From: an uncultured delta proteobacterium
GTDB lineage: Bacteria; Myxococcota_A; Polyangia; Polyangiales; Polyangiaceae
Assembly (NCBI GenBank): GCA_963850305.1
Contig: CAWKKR010000008.1
Coordinates: 32,001 to 96,000 of the forward strand
DNA length: 64,000 bases
Reading direction: 5' to 3'
The first letter of the stretch is position 1, and each line of letters starts with the position of its first letter. The notes under the pieces are model-generated. The model saw only the letters and a list, made by a program, of their open reading frames with translations. It did not search any database and had not been told where the DNA came from. Both the position numbers and the translations under genes were made by a program. Below, one piece after another: positions 40,424-50,066 of this stretch.

Positions 40424-41899
40424 TTACGCGCTCTGGCGCGGGTCCTCGACACGCCCCATGAACAGAACGGTTCCGCTCTTCGTGTCGCGGACGAGAAAGA
40501 GGAACGGACGATCGATGACGACTGCGGGGGGAGGCGCCTGGATGCTGCCCCCAAGCAATCCGCCCGTGATTGCCGTCGACGCGGCGGCAACGGTGCCCTG
40601 CTCGTCGACCTGGACGAGCGCCTGATGGATCACCTTGCTCACCGAGAGATCCTCCTGCCCGTCCATCGCGGAGAAATCGGCGGCGCCCGGCTCGAAGGCG
40701 TCGGTGACGCCCAGGCCCGCGAGCACGTCGTTCAGCACGAGGCGCGTCGTGAACGAGAACTTGGGAATGTAGACGGCCTCGCTGCCGAAGAACGGCGGCG
40801 TGATCGACGCGAGCGCGGTGGTGAGCGTGTCCGGTGTGAGGGCCGCTTCGAGCGACGCGAGGGACGTTGCCGGCAGCAAGAAGTCCATCGCGATCGCGCG
40901 ACCCTTGTATGCAATCTCGTACGCGGTGAATTCCGAGCCCGCGCCTTGGGCGACCACCATCGTTCCGTTCATCGTCGGCACGCTCACCTGAGTGCCGTCG
41001 CCGAGCGTGAACGGCCTCGGTTCGGTGTTCTTCGGGTCGAACCCCGTATCCCACGCACCCTTGAAGTAGACCGCGTTCACGATGATGAAGCGCGTCTTTG
41101 GCGTGAGGTCGCCTGCCTGAAGTAGCGTCGGGATCTTGCCCCACGTCTCGGTCGAAACCCACTGATTCACCGCCTGCGCCGCGCCGGCCGCGTCGCCGAC
41201 GAAATCGGCTTGGCGCAGCGGTGCTCCGAACCCTCCGGCGAGCGTCGAGAGGAAGCTCAGCTCGAAGGGCCACCCGGACTGTCCCCAAAGCGAATTCGCG
41301 AGCGAGAGCCGATTGCCGCCCGCAGCGCCGTCTCGCTCAATCGCGCAAGCAAGCGCCGCATAGGCCGGCGCGTCGTGCGCGCTGGCGAGATGCAGCGCGG
41401 TCTGGATCTGCGTCGCGGTGTTGCCGGCAGCCCCGACGTCGAGCATGTCGAGCGCCGCGAACACCCCAAACGGCGACACGACCGCGTTCTGTCCGGCACC
41501 GGCCGCGGTGACCGACGGCGAGTATAGAGATACCGCGAAGGCCGTGCTGGACGACACGAAGCTCTCCACGTCGGCCGCGCTGCCCTGCGGCGCCGCGCAT
41601 GCGGGCATCGTCAGACCAGCGTCGCCAACACCGTCGGGAGTGAGCACGGTCCCTCGAGCGCCCACGTCCCTCTCTCCGGCGCTCGCGTCGCGAAGCGTCG
41701 CGTCGATGTTCGCGTCTGCGCCGCTCTCCGGGCGCACTGCGCTCGCGTCCAGGTGCCGGACGACGGCATTCGCGCCGGTTCGACGTTCCATGCCGCGGAC
41801 GAGGCCGCGGTCGCGGCAGCTCGTGAGCGCCACGACAATCGCGTAGGCCATTGCTCCCCAAACGGCGTCGGTGCGCGCCCACATACGCGAATCAGTCAC
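40424..41899 (-). CDS. Serpin family protein
   Basis: NAVVSPF, ANSLWGQ, NQWVSTETWGKI, VNAVYFKGAW, IPKF, hinge DEQGTVAAAST, IDRPFLFLVRD, LFMGRVEDP. Confidence 0.93.
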   Translation of the reverse strand: MTDSRMWARTDAVWGAMAYAIVVALTSCRDRGLVRGMERRTGANAVVRHLDASAVRPESGADANIDATLRDASAGERDVGARGTVLTPDGVGDAGLTMPACAAPQGSAADVESFVSSSTAFAVSLYSPSVTAAGAGQNAVVSPFGVFAALDMLDVGAAGNTATQIQTALHLASAHDAPAYAALACAIERDGAAGGNRLSLANSLWGQSGWPFELSFLSTLAGGFGAPLRQADFVGDAAGAAQAVNQWVSTETWGKIPTLLQAGDLTPKTRFIIVNAVYFKGAWDTGFDPKNTEPRPFTLGDGTQVSVPTMNGTMVVAQGAGSEFTAYEIAYKGRAIAMDFLLPATSLASLEAALTPDTLTTALASITPPFFGSEAVYIPKFSFTTRLVLNDVLAGLGVTDAFEPGAADFSAMDGQEDLSVSKVIHQALVQVDEQGTVAAASTAITGGLLGGSIQAPPPAVVIDRPFLFLVRDTKSGTVLFMGRVEDPRQSA

Positions 41900-42057
41900 C
41901 GCGCGAGGGGGGCATCAGGCTCGTTTCTGCCCGCAGCTTGCTGACGCAGGAGCGGGCGAAGGCGCGCGTGTCCTTTTCGTCCTCGGCGCCTGGGCGCGTC
42001 GGGTAGTCGCCAAACCTCCTTCGGGCCCGCTTCGGTCGCACGCGTCGGCGACCCGAG

Positions 42058-42513
42058 CTACGAAGCGGGATACGACTCCAGCAGCGCGGGAGAGCCCGTC
42101 TCGAGCAGAGACTTGAGGTTGGAGAGCACCTTCGGCCAGCCGCCGGACACGGCCACGATCAACATCGAGGGCTCGCGCTCGATACCGTGCGTGATCGAGA
42201 GCTTCACCGCCAATCCGCCGGGCTCGAGTTCCATCGTGCAGAGCGAGTCGCCTTCGGCCTCGAGCTCGGGCCTCTTCCGGTGGCGCCAGCGGATCACCAG
42301 CCGCCGCGGCGGCTCGGCCTCGACAATCTCGCCGGCGTCGAGGACGACGCCTTCGCCGGACACGAGCTTCCAGGGGGAACCGGCGGTCCATTGGCTCTCG
42401 CAGAGGTTGCCGAACCAGTACTGCTTCATGAACTCCGGATCGGTCAACGCCGACCAGAGCTTGTCGGGCGTGGTGCGGATGTAGGTCACATAAACGAAGG
42501 TCGATCTAGCCAT
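42058..42513 (-). CDS. SRPBCC/AHA1-like protein
   Basis: FVYVTYIRTTPDKLWSALTDPEF, PPRRLV, GWPKVLSNLKSLLETG. Confidence 0.9.
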   Translation of the reverse strand: MARSTFVYVTYIRTTPDKLWSALTDPEFMKQYWFGNLCESQWTAGSPWKLVSGEGVVLDAGEIVEAEPPRRLVIRWRHRKRPELEAEGDSLCTMELEPGGLAVKLSITHGIEREPSMLIVAVSGGWPKVLSNLKSLLETGSPALLESYPAS

Positions 42514-42838
42514 CGGTTTTCTCCAGTCGTCGCTTGAGGTTTGCGAGCGCCTTGAGGCGCGGTTTCTCGAACTTGGCAATCCATCGCTCGTAGATCTCCT
42601 GCAGCGGCACCGGATTGAGGAAGTGCAGCTTCTCGCGCCCGCGCCGCACCGTGGCCACGAGGTTCGCCTCCTCCAGCAGCGCCAGGTGCTGCGTGACTCC
42701 CTGCCGCGTCATGTCCAGGTGCTCGCAGAGCTCGTTCAGCGTGCGCCCGTCGTGTGCGTGCAGCAGATCCAGGAGCCTGCGCCGGCTGGGATCGGCCAGG
42801 GCCTTGAACAGGAGGTCGGTATTAGGGCGCTCCGGCAT
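42506..42838 (-). CDS. ArsR/SmtB family regulator
   Basis: FKALADPSRRRLLDLL, MTRQGVTQHLALLEEANLV, GREKLHFLN. Confidence 0.92.
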   Translation of the reverse strand: MPERPNTDLLFKALADPSRRRLLDLLHAHDGRTLNELCEHLDMTRQGVTQHLALLEEANLVATVRRGREKLHFLNPVPLQEIYERWIAKFEKPRLKALANLKRRLEKTDG

Positions 42839-42844
42839 GGTCTC

Positions 42845-42896
42845 ATCAGGCAAGCATTCACTTGCCTGATTAATACGCAATCTGATGCTTGCATGT
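42845..42896. promoter_or_regulatory. Tandem ArsR operator-like inverted repeats
   Basis: Perfect ATCAGGCAAG-N6-CTTGCCTGAT (42845-42870) plus an imperfect ATACGCAAT-N6-CTTGCATGT copy. Confidence 0.7.
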
Positions 42897-43041
42897 CAAG
42901 CGGGGACTCGCGCGAGCTCCGTCCGGGATCGCCGCCGACGGCCTCGCCCCACGGCGTGGTGATGCAGCCTGCGCCGATCCAGGTGTTCACGATGAGCCGA
43001 TCACCGCAGCGATTGCTCATCCATGCTAAAGTAAACGGGCG

Positions 43042-43800
43042 ATGAACGTGAACTTCCCGCTTCTGGCTCAGCGTCTCAAGAAGCGCATCTTCGGCGCGGA
43101 GCGACCGGGATTTCGAGCGCACGAGGACCGCTTTCGAGGCAAGATCGGCCTCGAGATCGGCGGCCCGAGCAAGATCTTTCGAAGGAATGATTTTCTCCCC
43201 CTTTACCCGCTCGCGGGACGCGTGGACGGCGTGAACTTCTCTGCGCATACGACGTGGGAGGGTCGCATCGTCGAGGGAAGCACGTACCAGTATGCACCGA
43301 AGAGGTTTGGACATCAGTTCGTCTGTGAGGGCAACAAGCTCGATCCGATCCCTGACCGGACGTATGATTTCGTCGTCAGCAGTCACAGCCTCGAGCATTC
43401 CGCGAATCCGCTGCGGGCCATCGCGGAGTGGAAGCGCGTGACGAAGCCGCGGGGCGCGTTACTCCTCGTGTTGCCCGACAGGCGCTTCACGTTCGATCAT
43501 CGGCGCCCGGTGACGCCGTTCGAGCACTTGCTCGACGACTTTCGGAAGGACGTCGGAGAGGACGACCTCACGCACGTGGACGAGATCCTGTCGCTTCACG
43601 ATCTCTCGATGGACCCCAAGGCTGGGAGTGCCGAGGATTTCAGGGCTCGATCCTCGAGGAACTACGAAAACCGTTGCCTGCATCAGCACGTCTTCGATCA
43701 CGCCCTCGTTGCACGTATGTTCTCGCACTTCTCGATCGAGCTCGCGTACGAAGACATGGCTCCGCCGTTTCACGTCATCTCGATGGGGATCTTTCCGTAG
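43042..43800 (+). CDS. Class I SAM-dependent methyltransferase (type 11-like)
   Basis: GLEIGGPS, YDFVVSSHSLEH, RVTKPRG, TFDHRRP. Confidence 0.88.
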   Translation: MNVNFPLLAQRLKKRIFGAERPGFRAHEDRFRGKIGLEIGGPSKIFRRNDFLPLYPLAGRVDGVNFSAHTTWEGRIVEGSTYQYAPKRFGHQFVCEGNKLDPIPDRTYDFVVSSHSLEHSANPLRAIAEWKRVTKPRGALLLVLPDRRFTFDHRRPVTPFEHLLDDFRKDVGEDDLTHVDEILSLHDLSMDPKAGSAEDFRARSSRNYENRCLHQHVFDHALVARMFSHFSIELAYEDMAPPFHVISMGIFP

Positions 43801-43911
43801 GCCCGACAGAGTTCGCTCCAAAAGCCCGCGGCTCACGTAGGCGTAGACCGTCTCCACCTTCACGCCGAGCCTTCGCGCGACCTGTGCCGCGGTGAGGACA
43901 TTGCGTGCCAT
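43801..43911 (-). pseudogene. N-terminal HTH of an HTH-citrate-synthase-like protein, truncated
   Basis: MARNVLTAAQVARRLGVKVETVYAYVSRGLL, then reads into the antisense strand of the methyltransferase. Confidence 0.75.
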
Positions 43912-43936
43912 CAACGTGGACTGTAATCAACGTTGA
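43911..43936. promoter_or_regulatory. Paired TCAACGT(G/T)GA boxes between the HTH remnant and the CoA-transferase
   Basis: TCAACGTGGA-N6-TCAACGTTGA; the second box is a perfect palindrome. Confidence 0.5.
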
Positions 43937-43960
43937 CTAAAAGACCACCGCTCCAAGAAT

Positions 43961-45355
43961 ATGACCATGACGAATCGAGATGAGGCGTTGGTCGAAAAAC
44001 TGTGGGCAGAGCTCGGGGAACCCGCGCCGTCGCGAGCGGATTTCTCCCTGGACGGCGCGACCGGTCTCTTGCCATCGGTTTTCGACGTCGGGTCGCTCGC
44101 GGCGGGTTCGGTGGCGCTGGCGCTGCTTTCGCTGTCGGATTTCGTCCATGCGCGCGAGGGCGGGCAGCGCCGCGCCGTCAGGGTGGATCGGCGTCACGCA
44201 GCCGTCGCGTTTCGGAGCGAACGGTATTTGACCCCCGTCGGTTGGTCGCTTCCGCCGGTGTGGGACCCCATCGCGGGCGACTACGAGACCCGTGACGGAT
44301 GGATTCGCCTCCACACGAACTACCGCTACCACCGCGATGCGGCGCTCCGCGCGCTCGGTGTCGCTGCGGATCGCGACGCCGTGTCGAACGCCGTTCGGCG
44401 CAGGGACGCCGAAGAGCTCGAATCGCGCGTCGTCGCGGAGGGCGGCTGTGCCGCGAAGATGCGTTCAACATCGGAGTTTGGCGAACATCCTCAAGGACGT
44501 GCTCTCGTCGCAGAGCCGCTCTTTGCGAGAACGTCGAACGCGGCGGCTCCCGTGGAGCTGGTGCAGCGTGGGTCCCGTTCGCTCGAGGGCGTCCGTGTGC
44601 TGGACTTGACCCGCGTCATCGCGGGGCCCATCGGCACGCGCTTTCTCGCCGCACATGGAGCGGACGTATTGCGCGTCGACCCGCCGGGTTTCGAAGAGGT
44701 CGGCGCCCTGCTCGGCGACGTCACCGGGGGGAAGCGCCGGACGGCCCTGGATCTCCACACGACCGCCGAGCGAGCCATCTTCGAACGACTCATCCGTCAA
44801 GCGCACGTCCTCGTCCAGGGCTACCGGTCGGACGCGCTCGAGAAGCTCGGATTCGGCGCGGCGTGGCGCGCGCGCACCAATCCGTCGCTCGTCACCGTGT
44901 CCCTCGACGCCTACGGATGGACGGGTCCGTGGGCGTCGCGCCGCGGCTTCGACAGCTTGGTACAAATGACCACTGGCATTGCCGCAAAGGGCCAAGCCGT
45001 CATGGGAACCGAGAGACCATTTCCGCTCCCTGCTCAAGCGCTCGATCACGCGCTCGGTTATTTTGCCGCGGCCGCAGCCTGCAACGGACTGAAGCGGCTT
45101 CTAGCGAATCAGGCGACCGAGTTTTGCCTTTCTCTGGCGCGCACCGCCGCGGTCCTCCGGGATCTCGGTACGGACGGCGATCCGCGAGCTCCCGACTTAC
45201 GCGGAGAAGACGTGGAACCTTACCTGGAGGACGCGAGCTCTTTCTGGGGCGCGCTTCGGCGCGTGCGCTGTCCTGGCACTATCGCTGGACGCGTGCCGAG
45301 CTGGGATATTCAGCCAGGGCCACTCGGCGTGGATGCTCCTCGTTTTCGCGACTGA
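43961..45355 (+). CDS. CoA-transferase family III (CaiB/BaiF)
   Basis: LEGVRVLDLTRVIAGP, GADVLRVD, GKR, RRGFDSLVQ, QALDH. Confidence 0.92.
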   Translation: MTMTNRDEALVEKLWAELGEPAPSRADFSLDGATGLLPSVFDVGSLAAGSVALALLSLSDFVHAREGGQRRAVRVDRRHAAVAFRSERYLTPVGWSLPPVWDPIAGDYETRDGWIRLHTNYRYHRDAALRALGVAADRDAVSNAVRRRDAEELESRVVAEGGCAAKMRSTSEFGEHPQGRALVAEPLFARTSNAAAPVELVQRGSRSLEGVRVLDLTRVIAGPIGTRFLAAHGADVLRVDPPGFEEVGALLGDVTGGKRRTALDLHTTAERAIFERLIRQAHVLVQGYRSDALEKLGFGAAWRARTNPSLVTVSLDAYGWTGPWASRRGFDSLVQMTTGIAAKGQAVMGTERPFPLPAQALDHALGYFAAAAACNGLKRLLANQATEFCLSLARTAAVLRDLGTDGDPRAPDLRGEDVEPYLEDASSFWGALRRVRCPGTIAGRVPSWDIQPGPLGVDAPRFRD

Positions 45356-45644
45356 TTCAACGGGTGCCGCCTTCCCTCGAACGACGTGACGGCGGAAACG
45401 GCTTCACGAGTCGATCCGGCGTGGGCTCGACATGAATTCGCCGTCTGGCGCCGAGGACCTCCGAAGGCAGGAAGATCCGAGGAGCGCTCGAACGTCTGGA
45501 AGGTCGAATTCCGGACGCCGGGTTCGACTGCGTCGCGTGGAGCCAGACGTCGAACTTTCGCGTCCCGCCGGTTGACGGAAGTGAACTCTGACGTACGAAC
45601 AGAACCTCGCGCGAGGGTGCGCTTACCAATTTCTGGAGGGAACC

Positions 45645-46499
45645 ATGTTGCGGTACGTCGTCGTCTCCGGTCTTGCGGCGTTGGCCGTGGGCGGCTGTGA
45701 CCCGTGTAACTATCAGGCGTGCGTCACGCGCTATAGCCCGTATTACGGCTACTACGCGGACTGCACGACCGTCGTCGACGAGTGTCGCAATCGCAATCAG
45801 GACCGCTCCTGGTGCTGGAGCGATGACTGTCGCGGCTCGAGCGATCAGACGGGAACGGGCGGCGCGACCTCCGCCAGTCGAAGTTCCGGAGCCGGGGGCA
45901 CGGAGTCGCCGGATGGTTCCGCGCCGAATTCCTCGAGGGTCGGATCAGAATCGGACAACCCGGACGGTCACTTTGATACGGACGCCGGTGTCGGTAAGAG
46001 CCTCTCCGGCGTCCGCGCGGACGCCGGCATCGAGGGCACGACCAGCGGAGACGCCGGCGGCGCGAGCGGCGGCAGCGCGACCGGAAACGTTTTGACCGGT
46101 CGCATCCCTCGGTTGAATTTTTCATGCGTGCGCGACACGCAATGCGGCGCGGGAGAGTGCGCGTCCGGGATCTGCTATCTCGCGTGCGAGAGCGACGCGG
46201 ATTGCGGCACCGGCGATCGATGCTCCGTGGAAACGGGCCGGCGCCTCTGCATGCCGGACCCGAATCCGCCCGTCCGATGCGACGAGTCCGCGGTTTGCCC
46301 TCCCGCTCAAACGTGCGTCAACGGCGCCTGTCACGATCCGTGCACGACCGACACGGACTGCGTGAACCTCGCCGATCGCTGCCTTTCGAGCCTGTGCTTC
46401 CCCGATCGGCGCCCCATCGCGGAATGCGTCCTCGACATCGAGTGCCCGGCAGATCTCGTATGCCTCGACAGCCGCTGCGTGACGTTCGGTGGAGACTGA
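45645..46499 (+). CDS. Cys-rich lipoprotein
   Basis: GGAGG RBS; lipobox VGGC; CxxDxxC repeats; Gly/Ser linker. Confidence 0.8.
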   Translation: MLRYVVVSGLAALAVGGCDPCNYQACVTRYSPYYGYYADCTTVVDECRNRNQDRSWCWSDDCRGSSDQTGTGGATSASRSSGAGGTESPDGSAPNSSRVGSESDNPDGHFDTDAGVGKSLSGVRADAGIEGTTSGDAGGASGGSATGNVLTGRIPRLNFSCVRDTQCGAGECASGICYLACESDADCGTGDRCSVETGRRLCMPDPNPPVRCDESAVCPPAQTCVNGACHDPCTTDTDCVNLADRCLSSLCFPDRRPIAECVLDIECPADLVCLDSRCVTFGGD

Positions 46500-46675
46500 A
46501 GCCGGCGTGGGACACGACGCCATCCGAAACGCGGTTCGTGGGAGCCTGAGTCTCGGCTTGGATGCGGCCAAGGATTCCGCCGTCACCGAGCACTGCGAGG
46601 GCGAGGAGGTCGTGGCTCGGCGGCATACGTATTGCTTGAACTCTTGGCTCCACAACGAAAGCGCTCGGAGAAGCC

Positions 46676-47482
46676 ATGAAGACCGCTTATGTGACCACCC
46701 TGTGCAGCGGCGACGGATATCTGCCCGGCGTGGAAGTCCTCGGTAAGTCGCTCGACGCGAGCGGCAGCAAGGTCCCCAAAGTCGTGCTGATGACGGCCGA
46801 CGTCAGCCAGGCGGCGCGGCGGCGTCTCATTCAGCTCCGCTGGGAACCGAGGGAGGTGGAGCCGATCGACAACCCGGCGGCCGATCACCTGCTCTTCGCT
46901 CGATTTGCGGGCGTGTTCACGAAGCTGCGCGTCTGGGAGATGGTCGACTTCGACCGCGTCGTGACCCTGGATGCGGATACACTGGTGCTCCAGAACGTCG
47001 ACGATCTCTTCGAGCGGCGCACTTTCGCCGCTGGTCCCGACTTCTTCTTGCCAGACCGGTTCAACTCCGGCGTCATGGTCCTCGACCCCTCGGCGGACAC
47101 TTTTCGTCGCATGAAGGACGCGCTCGCCGAGGCGGGGTCTTACGACGGCGGCGACCAGGGCTTCCTGAACACGTTCTTCGCCGACTGGTACGCGGAGCCC
47201 GTCGAGCACCGCTTGCCCGTTGGGTACAATATGGCCCACTTTATCTACCAGTTCTTGCGCGGGCACCCGACCCTCAAGGCCTCGCTCGACCGTGAGGCGA
47301 AGATTCTCCACTACATGGTTCAGAAGCCCTGGCAGACGAGGACAACCCTGACGGGCGGCTCGGAAGCCTGGTGGCACATGTACTTCGAGGCGCATCCGGA
47401 GAAAGCACACGCCTGGAGGGACAAGGTCCACGCCTTCGAGGACTGGACCTTCGACCACCTCGCGTCGCTCGTGCTCGACTGA
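46676..47482 (+). CDS. GT8 glycosyltransferase, glycogenin-like
   Basis: AYVT, FTKL, LDADTLVLQNVDDLF, PD..FNSGV, SYDGGDQGFLN, LPVGYN, H..QKPW. Confidence 0.9.
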   Translation: MKTAYVTTLCSGDGYLPGVEVLGKSLDASGSKVPKVVLMTADVSQAARRRLIQLRWEPREVEPIDNPAADHLLFARFAGVFTKLRVWEMVDFDRVVTLDADTLVLQNVDDLFERRTFAAGPDFFLPDRFNSGVMVLDPSADTFRRMKDALAEAGSYDGGDQGFLNTFFADWYAEPVEHRLPVGYNMAHFIYQFLRGHPTLKASLDREAKILHYMVQKPWQTRTTLTGGSEAWWHMYFEAHPEKAHAWRDKVHAFEDWTFDHLASLVLD

Positions 47483-47489
47483 CGATCGC

Positions 47490-49175
47490 TCATCGACCGT
47501 CGAAGACGACCACGGCTTCGTACGGACCGAGAGAACGAACTCGAGGAGCGTCGATGCGCTCGCCTCGTCGATTCGAGAACAGAGTTCGGCCGGAGTGGGA
47601 CGAAAGCTCGAGGGGGATCGCGCGCTTCGAGAAGTTGAGGAAGACATCGACGGATGACGGGTTGGCGACCCCTTCCAGGGTCCTCCGGTACGAGACGACG
47701 TCGTCTGGAAGGCCGCGCATCACCGTCCACTGGAGGGCACCCGCCTGGAGGGCGGGCTGCTCGCGTCGGAGGCGGAGGAGGTTCTTGTACGAGGAAAGCA
47801 ACGAGCTCGGGTCGCGGTCCTGTGCGGCCACGTTCCTCGAGGAATGCGCCGGATGAATCGGCAGCCACGGCTTTCCGCCGGGCGGCGAGAAACCCGCATT
47901 GGGGCCGTCTTCCCATTGCATGGGCGTGCGGCACTGATCTCGGTTCAGCAAGATGCCGCGTCCTCTCAGCCAGCTCACGATCCGGTCAGGGACGTAGTGG
48001 AACCGGTTGGCGACGGGGTCGAGCCCCTCGTGAAGGGGGATGTCGTGGTTCTCCATCCCGATTTCCTCCCCGTAGTAGATGAACGGCACGCCTCGCACCG
48101 TCAGCTGGAGCGCGGCGAGGAGCTTGGCTTTCTCGGGGTCGCTGCCGAGGCGCTGCGCGAGCCGGGGGCGATCGTGGTTTCCGAACACGTAGGTCGGAGA
48201 AAAGGGCTCCGGAAACTCGTTCTCGAATTCCTGGATCAAGGCCCGCACCGCGCGGCCAGAGACCCGGGTCCGCAAGGTCCTGAACAGGAAGACCAGATGC
48301 AGCCCTTCCGCAGCCTCGCCGCAGTAGCGTTTCAGGGTCCTCGCATTGCCGAACACCTCGCCGACGAGGAACCGCGGCGGATCGCGGAACTCGTCGACGA
48401 TGGTGCGCAGCTCGCGCGCGAAGGCGATGGTGTCGGGGTGATCGATCGTGTGATGATGCCGCTGGAAGAAGCCGTGGGGGCTGTCTTCCGAGGGCACAGC
48501 GCGGAATGAAAAGGGGTTGTCGGCGAACGACTCGTCCTTGAAGATGGCGTTGAAGATGTCGAGCCGGAGTCCGTCGGCGCCCTCGGCGAGCCAGTGCCGG
48601 ACGACGCCGAGCATGGCGGCCTTCACCTCGGGCTTCCTGTAATTGAGGTCAGGCTGGCACCCGAGGAAGCTCGCGAAGTACCACTGATCCGTGGCCCGAT
48701 CGTAGCGCCAGCCGCTGCCGCCGAGCATCGACCGCCAGTTGTTCGGGGGTGCCTTGCCGCCGGGTTTCTTGCCGTCCCGCCAGATGTACCAGTCACGCCG
48801 AGCGTTCTCGCGAGCGCTCCGGGACTCGAGAAACCACGGATGCTCGTTGGACGTGTGATTGAGCACCATATCGAGCACGATCTTCATCCCTCGCGCATGG
48901 GCTTCTCGGATGATCGCGCGGCAATCCTCGAGCGACCCGTACTCGGGGGCGATCGAGTAGTGGTCGGTGATGTCATAGCCGAAGTCGGCTTGCGGGCTTT
49001 CGAAGAACGGGGAGAGCCAGAGCGTCTCGACGCCGAGCGCCTGCAGGTAGTCGAGCTTGCGGAGGACGCCGGGCAAGTCGCCGATGCCGTCGCCGTTCGT
49101 GTCTGCAAAGGAGCGGACATAGACCTGATAGACGGTGGTGCGCTTCCACCAGGGGAGCTCGCGTTCGGCGGCCAT
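47490..49175 (-). CDS. GH13 alpha-glucosidase (oligo-1,6-glucosidase-like)
   Basis: YQVYVRSFADTNGDGIGDL, DMVLNHTS, QPDLN; catalytic residues in RLDI, GEV and NHD; RTPMQW. Confidence 0.93.
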   Translation of the reverse strand: MAAERELPWWKRTTVYQVYVRSFADTNGDGIGDLPGVLRKLDYLQALGVETLWLSPFFESPQADFGYDITDHYSIAPEYGSLEDCRAIIREAHARGMKIVLDMVLNHTSNEHPWFLESRSARENARRDWYIWRDGKKPGGKAPPNNWRSMLGGSGWRYDRATDQWYFASFLGCQPDLNYRKPEVKAAMLGVVRHWLAEGADGLRLDIFNAIFKDESFADNPFSFRAVPSEDSPHGFFQRHHHTIDHPDTIAFARELRTIVDEFRDPPRFLVGEVFGNARTLKRYCGEAAEGLHLVFLFRTLRTRVSGRAVRALIQEFENEFPEPFSPTYVFGNHDRPRLAQRLGSDPEKAKLLAALQLTVRGVPFIYYGEEIGMENHDIPLHEGLDPVANRFHYVPDRIVSWLRGRGILLNRDQCRTPMQWEDGPNAGFSPPGGKPWLPIHPAHSSRNVAAQDRDPSSLLSSYKNLLRLRREQPALQAGALQWTVMRGLPDDVVSYRRTLEGVANPSSVDVFLNFSKRAIPLELSSHSGRTLFSNRRGERIDAPRVRSLGPYEAVVVFDGR

Positions 49176-49186
49176 CTCGCCCTCCA

Positions 49187-49774
49187 TCAGGTCGACGATG
49201 GCACGTCGACGCGAGTCACTCCGATCGTGTACGGCGTGGGATTGGGGTGGCAGATCGTGTGCAGGTCGCCGAGCAGGAGCACGTTGGCCGTGACTCGGTA
49301 GCGGCTGAACTGGAGCGCGATCAGCGTGCCCGCGCGAGGACCCGTCTCGAGCTGGAACTCGACACTCGGCGGGGTGTAATGGGACCCGTTCTCGACTCGA
49401 CCTGGCAGAAGCAGGTGGATGCCCGCCGCGTCGCCCCATACACGCGCGCCACGGATGACGTTGGGGGTTCCGGTGCGCGGGATGAAGCGCGCGGAGCCCG
49501 GGACGTAGCTCGTACCGACCGGAACCAGGTAATCCGTCGCCATATCGTGGATATAGTTGAGCCCCGTGTGCGAGATCACACCGGATTTGACGCCATCGAT
49601 CCTGATCGCGAGCCGGGTGCCCGCGGGCTGTGAAGCGGGCATGGTCACCACCGCCCGGAACCATTGCGCGCTGGGTCCCCGAGAGCACACGAGGGGCGCC
49701 TGCACCGTCGCCGTCGTCGCGGAGGCGGCCGTAGCCGTAAAGACAGCAATCAGCATGAGGCGAAGAAGCGCCAT
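49187..49774 (-). CDS. Secreted hypothetical protein
   Basis: Signal peptide; two Cys; beta-rich; abuts the GH13 gene. Confidence 0.6.
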   Translation of the reverse strand: MALLRLMLIAVFTATAASATTATVQAPLVCSRGPSAQWFRAVVTMPASQPAGTRLAIRIDGVKSGVISHTGLNYIHDMATDYLVPVGTSYVPGSARFIPRTGTPNVIRGARVWGDAAGIHLLLPGRVENGSHYTPPSVEFQLETGPRAGTLIALQFSRYRVTANVLLLGDLHTICHPNPTPYTIGVTRVDVPSST

Positions 49775-50066
49775 GCTGCTCGGGGGAAGCAAGTCGGGTA
49801 CCAGGACACGGCGCACTCGACCCGCGGGCGTTCCGGCCCCTCACTCGTTTCGAGCCGACGCAGAGGGTGGCAGTCACGGGACCGTATCGAAGCACGCCCT
49901 CGGAGCGCGTCCGGCGCGCGGCTTGCGACGCGGCGCAGACCGTGCGCGGGTCCGCGCGCAGTCCCTCGCGGGCCCGGACGACTGCGGCACGAGGAGACAC
50001 GAGCGTGCGCGAGCTTCCCCGGCGACACCGCGAACGAGCACCTCCGCACGGCCGGTGATCGCCGCG

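Noticed and set aside
42900..43020. Possible gene remnant (IVNTWIGAGCITTPWG on the minus strand)
   Set aside because: Too short, and I could not assign a family.
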